A DNA stretch of 64,000 nucleotides from Eledone cirrhosa (taxonomy: Eukaryota). Under the pieces are notes generated by a model. The model was not told the origin of the DNA, did not search any database, and was given only the letters and a program-made list of their open reading frames with translations. Every line of letters starts with the position of its first letter. Position 1 is the stretch's first letter. The position numbers were made by a program, and so were the translations under genes. Location of the stretch: the NCBI GenBank assembly GCA_964016885.1, contig OZ024751.1, positions 26,412,001 through 26,476,000 of the forward strand, read 5' to 3'. Below, piece after piece: positions 1-54,400 of this stretch.

Positions 1-218
1 TTACCAGTTCAGTTGAGTCACTTCACTTACCTTTATCTATCTTACCTGACCAAAGCCAATAACCTGAATGCTGAATTAGTTTTGTCACATGTCACCATTC
101 CATAAAAACCAAGCCCATAAGGATTTTGATAATTATCAAAATCCTTATGGGCTTCATATTTAACTCATTTAATGCCATCTATTTTAAAGAACCCTATTTA
201 AATTAATATCTTCCAAAA

Positions 219-410
219 TAATTGTTTCTACTTTTGGCACAAGGCCAGCAATTACCCAGTGCATTACTGGTACTTTATTTTATCGAGCCCGTAAGGATGT
301 AAGGCAATGTTAACCTCGGCGGGATTTGAACTCAGAATGGCAAGGGCCGTAACTCTATACGTCAAAGCATGGTGTCCGACCCTCTACCGATACTACCAAT
401 CCACTGCCCT
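219..410 (-). mobile_element. SINE family B, full length
   Basis: Reverse complement of 62528-62720. Confidence 0.85.
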
Positions 411-519
411 TTATATATCTTCCAAAATAATGTAAGAGCCTTTTATTAAAAGTCTAAAATCTATTTCAGCCCCCGAGGCTCGTTATGCCAGTGCTTATCC
501 CAATTTCTTTGGCATTAAG

Positions 520-1290
520 CTGAGAGTACACGACTCCCTTCTGGACAGGGTGCCTCACTGTTGAAGGGTTAAACCCCCAACAACTGAGAGTACACAACTC
601 CCTTCTGGACAGGGTGCCTCACTGTTGAAGGGTTAAACCCCCAGCAACTGAGAGTACACGACTCCCTTCTGGACAGGGTGCCTCACTGTTGAAGGGTTAA
701 ACCCCCAACAACTGAGAGTACACGACTCCCTTCTGGACAGGGTGCCTCACTGTTGAAGGGTTAAACCCCCAACAACTGAGAGTACACGACTCCCTTCTGG
801 ACAGGGTGCCTCACTGTTGAAGGGTTAAACCCCCAACAACTGAGAGTACACAACTCCCTTCTGGACAGGGTGCCTCACTGTTGAAGGGTTAAACCCCCAG
901 CAACTGAGAGTACACGACTCCCTTCTGGACAGGGTGCCTCACTGTTGAAGGGTTAAACCCCCAACAACTGAGAGTACACGACTCCCTTCTGGACAGGGTG
1001 CCTCACTGTTGAAGGGTTAAACCCCCAGCAACTGAGAGTACACGACTCCCTTCTGGACAGGGTGCCTCACTGTTGAAGGGTTAAACCCCCAACAACTGAG
1101 AGTACACGACTCCCTTCTGGACAGGGTGCCTCACTGTTGAAGGGTTAAACCCCCAGCAACTGAGAGTACACGACTCCCTTCTGGACAGGGTGCCTCACTG
1201 TTGAAGGGTTAAACCCCCAGCAACTGAGAGTACACGACTCCCTTCTGGACAGGGTGCCTCACTGTTGAAGGGTTAAACCCCCAACAACTG
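520..1290. repeat. Minisatellite, 64-bp unit x ~12, inside a SINE-like element
   Basis: caactgagagtacacgactcccttctggacagggtgcctcactgttgaagggttaaaccccca(a/g). Confidence 0.95.
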
Positions 1291-2198
1291 CGGATACACA
1301 TTTTCAGCTGAGTATACTGGAGCAACATGAAATGAGGTGTTTTCTTCAAGAACACAACCCACAACACTATGGTCATAAGTCCAACACCCTTACCACTAGG
1401 TTTTTTATTATGTTACAAATACCATCTTAATAATGAAATGATTAATAAGTCCCTTCAAATTCTTAATTTATTAAAATTCAGAGTATTTCATTAGCAAAAC
1501 AGGACAAATAGGTTAAGGAACATATTTCTAAAAACATATTGTGTAGTTTATTCACCCCCTATATGCATCCATCAGAGTACTATTTTTAATTAAACTGGAA
1601 TCTCCACACACATACACCACACTTAGAGAACTGTAGTTTGGAACTTTCACACACCACACTTGTTGTAGAGAACTGTAGTTTGGAACTTTCACACACCACA
1701 CTTGTTGTAGAGAACTGTAGTTTGGAAGTTTTATGTGCATCTCCATTACCATCCTCCAGAGAAATGCCTTCTCCATTCTGTCCGCCGGGACCGTGGGGTG
1801 GCCAACACGTGGGACACCATTTGTTTATAATACAGAGCGATGGGGAGGGCGAGAGAGATGGAGGCGATGACAGTGGGAGTTCCACTCTTCTGTGTTGAGA
1901 CCTGGTGTCCAGCGTCAGTTGTCTGTAGGGAGGAAGTGATTCATATATATATAAGTATTATACTATATTGTTTCATATTTAACAATGTCACCAGTCCTTC
2001 CTCATGCAATTCTAGACACCACACATATGCCTACAGATGCATGCACACACACACACATACATATAAACCTGTGCCGCCAATCTTTCCACACATAATTATC
2101 TCTCTCTCTCTACACACACACCTGTTGTCAGCCTAGACACCAAACACACACACACACACACACACACATACACTCCAAACACACACTACACACTACAA

Positions 2199-2233
<35 letters not shown>

Positions 2234-2456
2234 CATGTACACTTGTGTCACCAATATTTCCACACACAATACTAGACACCACATATCTATGCCTTCCCCC
2301 ACTCCCAAGGCCTTGTCAGTTGAAAAGGTCAGTACCAGACATTGGGGCAATGCCTGCTGTGCTGCTAGGTTCGGTAAAAAAACAAAACAGCTGAAAAGAT
2401 GTCCCAAAAAACTCAAGTCATTACTACTGCACAAAGATTGAGATGAAAGGGGACTG

Positions 2457-2706
2457 CACCTTAGCTGAGCAGTGAAAACACCTCTCTGGTCCTCAGTAGT
2501 TAGTGTCACCTTAGCTGAGCAGTGAAAACACCTCTCTGGTCCTCAGTAGTTAGTGTCACCTTAGCTGAGCAGTGAAAACACCTCTCTGGTCCTCAGTAGT
2601 TAGTGTCACCTTAGCTGAGCAGTGAAAACACCTCTCTGGTCCTCAGTAGTTAGTGTCACCTTAGCTGAGCAGTGAAAACACCTCTCTGGTCCTCAGTAGT
2701 TAGTTA
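2457..2706. repeat. Minisatellite, 50-bp unit x 5
   Basis: caccttagctgagcagtgaaaacacctctctggtcctcagtagttagtgt. Confidence 0.95.
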
Positions 2707-2840
2707 GTCAGTGTTGAACAAACATGTGACGATCGGTCACCGGCAAAGCTTCATATTGGGCCGTTTGTTTACAAATGAATCAAACATTATTATTAATGTT
2801 TGATATAACCCATACATACATATGTATATGTATATATGTT

Positions 2841-2893
<53 letters not shown>

Positions 2894-3209
2894 ATATATA
2901 TATGTGTGTGTATGTGTGCATACTTACATTTATGTATCAGCTGTGCTAGTGCGAGAAATAAAATTCTAATTTTATATATATATATATAGATAGATAGAGA
3001 CATGTTCTGGTTTATGTTATACATAAAACTTTGCATCTTCAAAACATATATAATGAAATAAATAGAGATGATATAAAGTGTACATCTTTCATTTATTACA
3101 ACTATTATTATAGATAGATGGATTGATATGGAGACAGACAGTTAAATAGATAGACAAATAAATATATATATATAGAGATTTATAGATATTGATATATATA
3201 TAGATATGC

Positions 3210-3215
3210 TTTATT
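3210..3215 (-). terminator. Candidate polyadenylation signal AATAAA for CFAP61 (second copy at 3092-3097)
   Basis: tttatt on the + strand about 20 nt downstream of the stop codon. Confidence 0.45.
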
Positions 3216-3236
3216 GATGGAGAATGGGTTAAATAT

Positions 3237-44176
<40,940 letters not shown>

Positions 44177-44207
44177 GATGGATTAGCAGATCATCAGATG
44201 ACACTTC

Positions 44208-45368
44208 CTGGAAATATAGATCTGAAAATATAGATTGGAAAATATAGCCTGGAAAATATAGATTGGAAAATATAGGTTGGAAAATATAGCCTGGAAAATA
44301 TAGCCTGGAAAATATAGATTGAATAATATAGATTGGATAATATAGCCTGGAAAATATAGCCTGGATAATATAGATTGGATAATATAGATTGGATAATAGA
44401 GATTGGATAATAGAGATTGGATAATATAGCCTGGAAAATATAGATTGGATAATATAGATTGGAAAATATAGATTGGAAAATATAGGTTGGAAAATATAGG
44501 TTGGAAAATATAGCCTGGAAAATATAGCCTGGAAAATATAGATTGGAAAATATAGCCTGGAAAATATAGATAGGAAATTATAGATTCGATAATATAGCCT
44601 GGAAAATATAGATTGGAAAATATAGCCTGGAAAATATAGATTGGAAAATATAGATTGGATAATAGAGATTGGATAATATAGCCTGGAAAATATAGATTGG
44701 AAAATATAGATTGGATAATATAGATTGGATAATATAGATTGGATAATATAGCCTGGAAAATATAGATTGGAAAATATAGATTGGAAAATATAGATTGGAT
44801 AATATAGATTGGATAATATAGCCTGGAAAATATAGATTGGAAAATATAGATTGGATAATATAGATTGGATAATAGAGATTGGATAATATAGCCTGGAAAA
44901 TATAGATTACAAAATATAGATTGGAAAATGTAGATCGGAAAATAGAGATTGGATAATATAGCCTGGAAAATTTAGCCTGGGAAATATAGATTGGATAATA
45001 TAGATTGGAAAATATAGATTGGATAATAGAGATTGGATAATATAGCCTGGAAAATATAGATTGGAAAATATAGATTGGATAATATAGATTGGATAATATA
45101 GCCTGGAAAATATAGATTGGAAAATATAGATTGGATAATATAGCCTGGAAAATATAGATTGGAAAATATAGATTGGATAATATAGATTGGATAATATAGC
45201 CTGGAAAATATAGCCTGGAAAATATAGATTGGATAATATAGATTGGATAATATAGATTGGATAATATAGCCTGGAAAATATAACCTGGAAAATATAGATT
45301 GGATAATATAGATTAGAAAATATAGCCTGGAAAATATAGATTGGATAATAGAGATTAGAAAATATAGC
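44208..45368. repeat. Minisatellite, 14-bp unit x ~80
   Basis: ggaaaatatagatt / ggaaaatatagcct / ggataatatagatt. Confidence 0.95.
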
Positions 45369-46045
45369 TGTGAGATAACAGATGTGAATATATAGATGTG
45401 AGACTACAGATGTGAGACTATAGATGTGAGACTACAGATGTAATACTATAGATGTACAGCTACAGATGTGAGACTACAGATGTAAATATACAGATGTGAG
45501 ACTATAGATGTGAGATTACAGATGCAAGACTATAGATGTGAGACTACAGATGTGAGATTATAGATGTGAGACTACAGATGTGAGACTATAGATGTGAGAT
45601 TACAGCTGTGAGACTATAGATGTGAGACTATGGATGTGAGACTACAGATGTGAATATATAGATGTGAGACTATAGATGTGAGACTACAGATGTGAGATTA
45701 TAGATGTGAGACTACAGATGTGAGACTATAGATGTGAGATTACAGCTGTGAGACTATAGATGTGAGACTATGGATGTGAGACTACAGATGTGAATATATA
45801 GATGTGAGACTATAGATGTGAGACTACAGATGTGAGATTATAGATGTGAGACTACAGATGTGAGACTATAGATGTGAGACTACAGATGTGAGATTATAGA
45901 TGTGAGACTACAGTTGTGAGACTACAGATGTGACATTATAGATGAGACTACAGATGTGAGACTATAGATGTGAGATTACAGATGTGAGACTATAGATGTG
46001 AGACTACAGATGTGAGACTATAGTTGTGAGACTACAGATGTGAAA
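45369..46045. repeat. Minisatellite, 14-bp unit x ~48
   Basis: gatgtgagacta(c/t)a. Confidence 0.95.
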
Positions 46046-46853
46046 CTCACTAATTTGTATTAACCCTCACTGATTATTTTCAAATGTAATCTTCACATTC
46101 AGTAACTGATGATTTACAAAAACAGAAGTAAGTTTTTGTCTTAATTTCATCACATAAAGTCGTGTAAAACTTTAAAGTAAAAATAAAGAGTTAAACAACT
46201 TGTATTCCTGAAATAATCATAGAAATATTGAGTAAACCAATAACAAAATAGGCGGTCCAACCCCACTCATATTTTAGATAAGCCAACACACTTGCAACAC
46301 TGTTGATAGCGGGCCTAAGACGATGTCACCAACGATGACACTTCGTTATCAGTTCTCCCCTAAATGCTTTCAATACCACAGGCAGGGGTGTTTTAAAATT
46401 TTATTCTGTAAGACTATGGATGCAGTGACCTTCACCTTTACCCTCAACATCCAGGAAGCAGTGACCTTCACCGTAACCGCGGTATCCAGGATAAAAAAAA
46501 TTACAATCTTGATTACTTTTCAATAACAGAAGTATGAAAGAATTTCTATTCTTTTTCTTTTTTTAGGTTTCCTCAACCAAAGTATTTATTATCTCAATTA
46601 TATCTCTTATAACCTTCCATACTTACAATTCATTACTGTCAATTAAGGGCCTCACTGTTAAATATTAAACACTTCAACAGCCACCCGACCTCACGGGGCT
46701 CCCTTCTCAGTTGGGCCACCGACGTTCCGATCTTGTGGAGGAGTTCGACTGTACGGCGACAGGACAATCCTCGGTGTCTGCATAGCGGGCCGTGGTACCG
46801 GGGTTTGTGGCAGAGAAAGTGTCACAAATGTAGAATATATGGGAAAGTCTTAC

Positions 46854-46960
46854 CTGATATAAATATTGGAGAGAACTTTAGTGGTTTCCAACGGAGTGTA
46901 ACAGAACGGACTATGACGGGATATAACGGAAGAAAAACAAACTTCGAGACACTACATAAA
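46854..46960 (-). other. Putative non-coding first exon of CFAP61
   Basis: Strong donor CAG|GTAAGA at 46853 in unique, CpG-retaining sequence next to an X-box; 5' end approximate. Confidence 0.5.
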
Positions 46961-46994
46961 ATTAAACTGAATGAATATGTTGATATTAAACTTT

Positions 46995-47008
46995 GTTACT
47001 AAGGTAAC
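46995..47008. promoter_or_regulatory. RFX X-box (GTTACTAAGGTAAC) in putative CFAP61 promoter
   Basis: Fits the X-box consensus GTNRYY-NN-RGYAAC; RFX factors are established regulators of ciliary genes. Confidence 0.6.
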
Positions 47009-47138
47009 AAGTCATTCCTCGGTTGCCTCCCTTGATACTAGATTTATAAGACATCTATTATCAAGGTTTCAACGATAAGTCTTCCAAACATACGGTTAAA
47101 TCAAACCACCAGATAGTCATATACAGATCCGTGCAAAA

Positions 47139-47607
47139 CTGGTAATAGGTGAACACTATATGTAAAATATAGGACCCTAATGCTGGTAATAGGTGCACAC
47201 TATATGTAAAATATAGGACTCTAAAGCTGGTAATAGGTGCACACTGTATGTAAAATATAGGACTTTAAAGCTGGTAATAGGTGCACACTAGATGTAAAAT
47301 ATAGGACTCTAATGCTGGTAATAGGTGCACACTAGATGTAAAATATAGGACTCTAAAGCTGGTAATAGGTGCACACTAGATGTAAAATATAGGACTCTAA
47401 TGCTGGTAATAGGTGAACACTAGATGTAAAATATAGGACTCTAAAGTTGGTAATAGGTGCACACTAGATGTAAAATATAGGACTCTAATGCTGGTAATAG
47501 GTGCACACTAGATGTAAAATATGGGACTCTAATGCTGGTAATAGGTGAACACTAGGTGTAAAATATGGGACTCTAATGCTGCTAATAGGTCCAGGCTAGA
47601 TGTAAAA
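47139..47607. repeat. Minisatellite, 44-bp unit x ~10
   Basis: ctggtaataggtgcacactagatgtaaaatataggactctaatg. Confidence 0.95.
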
Positions 47608-47954
47608 TGTCTCTCTCATATATATATATATACGCACATCGTCTCTTTCTTTCTATATATACACAGTTATATTATGTAAATATACTATTAACCTTCGTTA
47701 TAACACTGTTAAACAATGTGGTCACGTTTATCATAACGTTACGTCGGTAAATTATTAGAGTACAGGTATTTATTTATTCCTTTCATCTAACCGAGATCGA
47801 TAAAGTTAACTGACAGGTGGATTTATGTTCCTCTAATTTATTCTAATATAGACATAATCAAAGATAAACCTTTTAAAATAACACAAAAAAAAAAAACGCT
47901 AAACATTCCAAGGGAGGCAATTATTACAGCTCAAAAGTTTTCTCCCATACACAG

Positions 47955-48500
47955 ATATATACTTTGGGAGGGTGATGCTGCCAATAAAAACATACGCTTC
48001 TGTCGGTTTTCACTTCAATTTATTATAAGTTTCAAGTTGGTTGGCTGGTTTGATAACCGGAAGAGTGTTTATATAGTCAAAGCTCTTTCGTCACACATTC
48101 TGTGACTAGGTTTTCATTTTGTATCTCTCTCCTTTGTTCTGTCCTACACCATCTTATTTTTGTGTGTTGTGTGTTTAGTTTGCACATGCGTTACATCCGG
48201 GTGTGTGTTTATTTACTTGTCACTAGTTGTTTGTTTATTCTATGTGTGTGTCTGATTTGTTTTTTGTGTGAGTCTGTATGTCTTCATTTTGTCCTTAATT
48301 ACTAGTTTACTAGATTAGTTTAACATTGAGGCCCTTGGTTATTTATGGTTGTAAAAAATACATTCTTTCCTTATATAATTTGTGACTCCTGGGTATAGTA
48401 TATTTAGCCTCTCCCCCTTTTACAGCCCACTAGACCTGCACTTTCCCCTACAGTTGTCCCTAGTTATCTGAAAATCTTCTTGGCTTCTTTGTTGTTTTTC
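47955..48500 (-). mobile_element. Second Penelope-like terminal fragment
   Basis: 47955-48305 is colinear with 13785-14190 (actttgggagggt.atgctg.caataaaaacac...cattttgtccttaattactagtt); right boundary approximate. Confidence 0.75.
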
Positions 48501-48879
48501 CAGTAGCTGTCCATGGGAAACATTAAACACATCTACCTCACTAGTAATAGAGGGCATGTGAAACTCAAGACTACAACCAATGTTTCATGGCTGATACTAT
48601 CTGGCAGAAGAAAAGAGCTGACCAAAGAAACAATGTTTTCATTGATCTTTACATTGCTGATACTGTTGGTGACAACTCCTGATAGAAATGTCAGAGTTTT
48701 ATATTGTTCTTGGAAGCACAATTTGAACTGAGAATACTTGTTTGTGGCAGTGTTAACCCAAGTTGTGTTGGGCTGGGTCCCATCATAACATCGTAAACAG
48801 AAGTCACCCATGTACAGCAATCACAGATGTCCAACAGAGGTATTATCAGCCAGTTAATATTCAAATGGCAGAGGTCATA

Positions 48880-49115
48880 TATTAGCTCCAGAGGACACCA
48901 TATATTAGCTTTAGAGACCACCATGTATTAGCTCTAGAGACCACCATGTATCAGCTCTAGAGACCACCATGTATCAGCTCTAGAGACCACCATGTATTAG
49001 CTCTAGAGACCACCATGTATCAGCTCTAGAGACCACCATGTATTAGCTCTAGAGACCATCATGTATCAGCTCTAGAGACCATGTATTAGCTCTAGAGGAC
49101 ACCATGTATTAGCTC
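48880..49115. repeat. Minisatellite, 23-bp unit x ~10
   Basis: tattagctctagagaccaccatg. Confidence 0.92.
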
Positions 49116-49557
49116 ATGATATGACTTGATCATGCTAACCTATGTTTATAGTTGTCTCACTGTTTATACCATCCCAACAGGGATTCTGGTACGAATGCTT
49201 CATGGATGAGTTCATACGATGGAAGAGGAATTTGTGAGAAAACCAAACAGAGGTTATGTTCTGAATAGTTGTTGGAGAGAATCCAGCAATGACAATGAAG
49301 GATTTCCACATGTTCTTCCAGAGGAGCAAGTGATGCATGTGCAAGTTTGGCTGGTAGCCTGCAGGAAAAGATATTTCTTCACCTCCTTCAATGTGTAAAT
49401 GTTTCAAATAGTAATAATGAATTCAGAATCTACAGGGCTGAAACAAACAACACAAGGCATCATGCCTAACTGAAACTTTAACAATATCATCAATCCATGA
49501 TTCATTGATAGTTATGTTATTTATTGACTTCAAATAAATGCAGAAAAAAAAAAATGT

Positions 49558-49772
49558 TTAACCCTTTAGCATTTACATTACTCTATATTTACTATTATAT
49601 TTTCAATCTAGCGGCTTTATCTCACATAATATTGAATCTATGAGATTTTGATATTATTTATTGTGAGAACAATACCTTAACATCAGTATGAGCACCAGTT
49701 ATGGCCAGTTTGAATAGAAAGAGGTGAGAGAATTCTGGTCTGATATGGCTGGTTTAAATGCTAAAGGGTTAA
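49558..49772 (+). mobile_element. piggyBac-like MITE (same family), unexpanded ~210-bp copy
   Basis: TTAA|CCCTTTAGCATTTA...TAAATGCTAAAGGG|TTAA. Confidence 0.85.
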
Positions 49773-50247
49773 AAAAAGATAGTACTTAGTTGTCATTATA
49801 TAAGCATAGTTTTTATTTCAACCAGAGAATGACATTTATAAATAAAGAACAAGCGAATACAATATATTCTTTGAATTACATCCGAATCTTGCATGATCAC
49901 TGATTTCCTGGGTGCTGGTCTGCGTTCAACTACAGCTGCTCCACAGAATATGCCAAGCTCTCAAGAGTCAAACTAGTGGAAATGGTGACAGTCAAAAACA
50001 ATGTTTTGTTTGTTTTGTTTTGTTGGTGGATTTTTTTTTTAATGAAAAGAAGAAAAAAAAAAAAAACAAGAAAAACAAAAGAGAAATAGATAAACTTTTT
50101 TTTTGATTTTTTTTTCGTGGTGTGTAATTTAAATACAAAACAATTGTTTTCTAATTCTCACATTATATACATATATATACATACATGCACATACATACAC
50201 ACATATATACATAGATATAAAAATACATATATATCTATATATACATC

Positions 50248-50321
<74 letters not shown>

Positions 50322-50764
50322 TACATACACATACATATATATATATATACAGATATAAATATAAATATATACATATATATATATATACAAATATATACAT
50401 ATATGTATGCTTATGGATGTGTGTGTATATATATATATACACACACACACACACATATATATATAAACACACACATAGATATAAATATATATACACATGT
50501 ATATATTTATATAAATTATATACATATCATCATCATCATCATTTTAAGTCCTTTTTCTATGCTTGTGTGTGTATGCACACATATACATGTGCATATGTGT
50601 ATACATATAAGTATATATGTATGTATACATACCAACTGTACCCCTTCACCAAATATTGTGGTGGAGGGTGAGGAAATATTTGGAGGAGTGAAGGAAAAAA
50701 AAAATGAAAAAAAAAAAAAAAATTATAAACAGGGGATTAAAATTATTTTATATAGGAAGATTGC

Positions 50765-51082
50765 TGTTGTAGAGTTGTAGTGGTGGTAGTAGTAGTGGTG
50801 GTGATAGTGACAGTAGTGATTGTTGTAGTGGTAGTGGTGGTGATAGTGAGAGTAGTGGTTGTAGTAGTTGTGGTGGCAGTAGTAGTTGTAGTTGTGGTTG
50901 TTGTGGTTTTAGTAGTTGTGGCAGTAGTAGTTGTAGTAGTGACAGTAATGGTGGTAGTAGTAATGGCAGTAGCAATTGTAGTAATAGTAGTAATGGCAGT
51001 AGTAAGTTGTAATGAGATCCCTGTTCTTAATGTAGTAGTAGTGGTGGTGGTGGTAGTAGTAGTAGTTGTAGTAGTAGCAGTG

Positions 51083-51116
<34 letters not shown>

Positions 51117-51280
51117 CAGTGGTGGTAGTAGTTTTAACCAACAGAAAGAATAACTGAAGAAGTTGGTAGAGGAAAATTAAGAAAATGTTATTGGATAGGA
51201 GGGGTGGTGGTAGTAGTAGCAGTAGTTGTAGTAGTAGTAGTGGTGGTAGTAGGAGTTATAGTGGTGGTGGTAGTAGGACT
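50765..51280. repeat. (GTA/GTG)n tract immediately 3' of the SON stop codon
   Basis: Direct reading; (CTA/CCA)n on the mRNA strand. Confidence 0.88.
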
Positions 51281-51288
51281 AAAGGGAT

Positions 51289-51414
51289 CTATACTGAGAA
51301 TTCTTTGGGCAGCAAACCAAGATTATGGAGACAAACAATCGCAGCTTTAGCTCGTCCCGTCTTCTTACTGTTGCTTGATGTGGTCGGTTGGTATGTTATG
51401 TTGTTGACAGACAC
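51289..51414 (-). CDS. SON: SON last coding exon, dsRBD C-terminal half
   Basis: VSVNNITYQPTTSSNSKKTGRAKAAIVCLHNLGLLPKEFSV*. Confidence 0.92.
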   Translation of the reverse strand: MSVNNITYQPTTSSNSKKTGRAKAAIVCLHNLGLLPKEFSV

Positions 51415-54400
51415 CTGAAATATAAACATTATGGAAGTGAGACATGGGCGATGCTACATGTGGGAGTAATAGAGAAGGCTGGGGAGAACAGGACATGGTG
51501 CATGCTACATGTGGGAGTAATAGAGAAGGCTGGGGAGTACAGAAGGACATGGTACATGCTACATGTGGGAGAACAGAAACGAGATTAGTCCAGTGAATGA
51601 GTGGAATATTGGTGTGAGAGAGGAGGACAAACAATGGGAAGAACTAGTGATGAATGTTGTGATGAGAAATGGAATGAGATGGTTGGGTCATGTGTTGAGG
51701 AAAGATGAAATTGGCTGAGGGAGAGGAGTGATAGAAATTAATGTGGACGAATAAAAAACAGATGGCAGGGGATAAAGGAAGAGGAAATGAAAGCAAAGAC
51801 TTTCATTTCCTCCCCCCCATCTTCACCTCCAACTACGATGAAGGATGGTGTTAGTGGTTACCTTGTATTTGAAAGTCTTTTTGTGATCAGGCCCTCTCTC
51901 TTCAATCTGTTGAAATATGGGAGCACCCCACTTTAATTTGTTGCTTAGTTCAACCAAAGCAGACACAGGATGTTTACCTGAAGAGACAACATACAACAAT
52001 ATTTGCATTTGTTTCACTGTTAAATATTTACTACACACACATAATATATATATATATATATATATATATCAGTCAAATAGTCAGTAAAGAGGAATAAGAA
52101 AATAATAAATACCTGAAATATGTTTTGCCAGTTCTACAGCTTGAGATTTCTTTGGATCTTCACCGTGTGATGTGAGACCTGAGTAATGGGAGTAGAAATA
52201 GGATTGCTAGGTAAGTACTATATTAATATATAGGAGGTATCAAAAGGTTTCTGGACAAGTTTTGTGGCACGCCAGCAGCTGGCAACACATGGTTGCACGC
52301 ACAGTGAGAGCTAGCAGTGACCTTCATGCACCAGTGTACCAAGTGACATCACTCAGTTCACTTCACAAGTTGTGAAATATGAGTTTTTGTGATCGCGTGT
52401 ATGCTGTAGCCTGCATGAACAGGGAGTTGGAAGGAAGAGCCAACATGAAATTTTGCGTTCAACTTGGGAAACTCTGCTACAGAGACATTGTGCATGCTTC
52501 AGCAAGCTCATGGCGACAAGGCAGCAGTTGAAAGCCCTTCATCTCTACGGCAGAGCCACAGCTCAATCAAGAGCATGCTCATCATTTTTTTACAACATCC
52601 GTGGTATTGTTCATCAATCCTCCCATACAAACACAACACCCCATTTACCCCGTCAACACACCCCACTCCCACTGCTTACCTTTGCGATCAATCTTCACAT
52701 TAACAATGATAGGTTCTGTTGGTCCTTTGCTGTTTTTGCCAAGCCCTTCACCTTCCCGCCACCCCATCTTCTGTAGTAAGTGCATCCCTATACCACCTTT
52801 GACAGGGGCAGCATTGATGATTTGTTGCTGAAATACACAACCAAAACACTGGTATTAGTTTATGTCATACATTTAACATTTCTTGCTGATAGTCAATACT
52901 CAACCCTTCCCTCCTAAAGCTGGTAGTAGAACCCAGTCAAATGTGAAATATCGGTCCCCTAAAGCTGGAAATAAACCCAGGCTAAATAAGAAATGTTGGT
53001 TTCATAAAGCTGGTAATAAGCCTAGTCCAGATGTGGTTTGGCCTGTCTATGCTCACTTCTGTGAAAAACATTAAACAAGGAGTTGGTCTATAAGACACAG
53101 GAATAGAGTAACCAAAGATAGGTGAAACAACAACAAAACTGTTTTACATAAAGTCATCATTTTTATATCTACTTTTTCCATTCCTGTCTGGGGTGGGACA
53201 AGACTTTTGGTGGCAGGTTTTGTATGGCTGGATGCCCTTGCTGAGGCCAACCTGTACTTTTATTGTAAATATGGTGCATTCTGTTTCTCTTCTTTTATTT
53301 ACTTCTGATGAAGGATTAGCATCTGAAACATGATTCTTTTTCTACTATATCATGTGTTAAACTAATATATATCTTCATTGTATTGTTTGCTTTGTTGTTT
53401 TCTGTTTACTTTTCAGGCTTCCTGTAATTTCTATCTAACCCCACGAAAAAAAAAAAAAAAAAAAAATAATGGAAATAATTCTTACCTTTTTTGCCCAAGC
53501 TTGAACTTTTTTGTCAGGTCCATTCAGTTCCTCTAGGGTCATGACTTTGGCCCCAGTACTTCCAGTAAATAAGCCAGGTAACTGCTTTGATTGAGCCCAT
53601 CGATTCAACTGACAAACACAATATATTAGAATTAAATTCAATATTTCAAATTCCTGAAACAAAGTATTTAATACTTTAGGTATTAAACCACCTGAAACCA
53701 TCCCTGGTTCTACAATGGAAAACTGTTTGTTATCAAGTCTTTATATCCATCATAATTTTATGTAAGAACCTTTAAGTTATGCCCCAAACATCATCTTAAT
53801 AAACAAGGTTAGTTAAATGACTAAATTCCTACAAATTCTCAGTTATTTTCAAAATTGTTTGAAAAACATAGGTAACAGTGTTTTTCATTAGAGATATGGT
53901 AATGAAAGGATTAACCCTTTAGGATTTAAACTGGCTGTATCCGGCCAGAATTCTCTCACCTTTTTCTGTTCAAACCGGCTGCTCATGCATATTATTTCTC
54001 AAAATAAATAATATCAAAATCTCATAGATTTGATATTATGTGAGGAAAAGCCTTTACCATGAAAATACAATAGTATACATAGAGTAATGTAAATGCTAAA
54101 GGGTTAAAGCATTTATATTTATCTAAAAACCTTCCATTATTTTAAGGTTAACTTTGCCTTTCATCCTTACGGGGTCGATAAAATAAAGTACCAGTAATGT
54201 ACTGGGTAATTGCTGGCCTTGTGCCAAAAGTAGAAACAATTATTTTAATAATAATAATGGCTAACTTTGCCTTTCATCCTTAAGGGGTCGATAAAATAAA
54301 GTACCAGTAATACACTGGGATAATTGCTGGTCTTGTGCCAAAAGTAGAAACAATTATTTTAATAATAATAGGGCTGTGAATTGGCAGCATCGGTGGAGCG

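Noticed and set aside
50743-51157. Poly-Thr mucin-like ORF
   Set aside because: Trinucleotide tract downstream of the SON stop codon.
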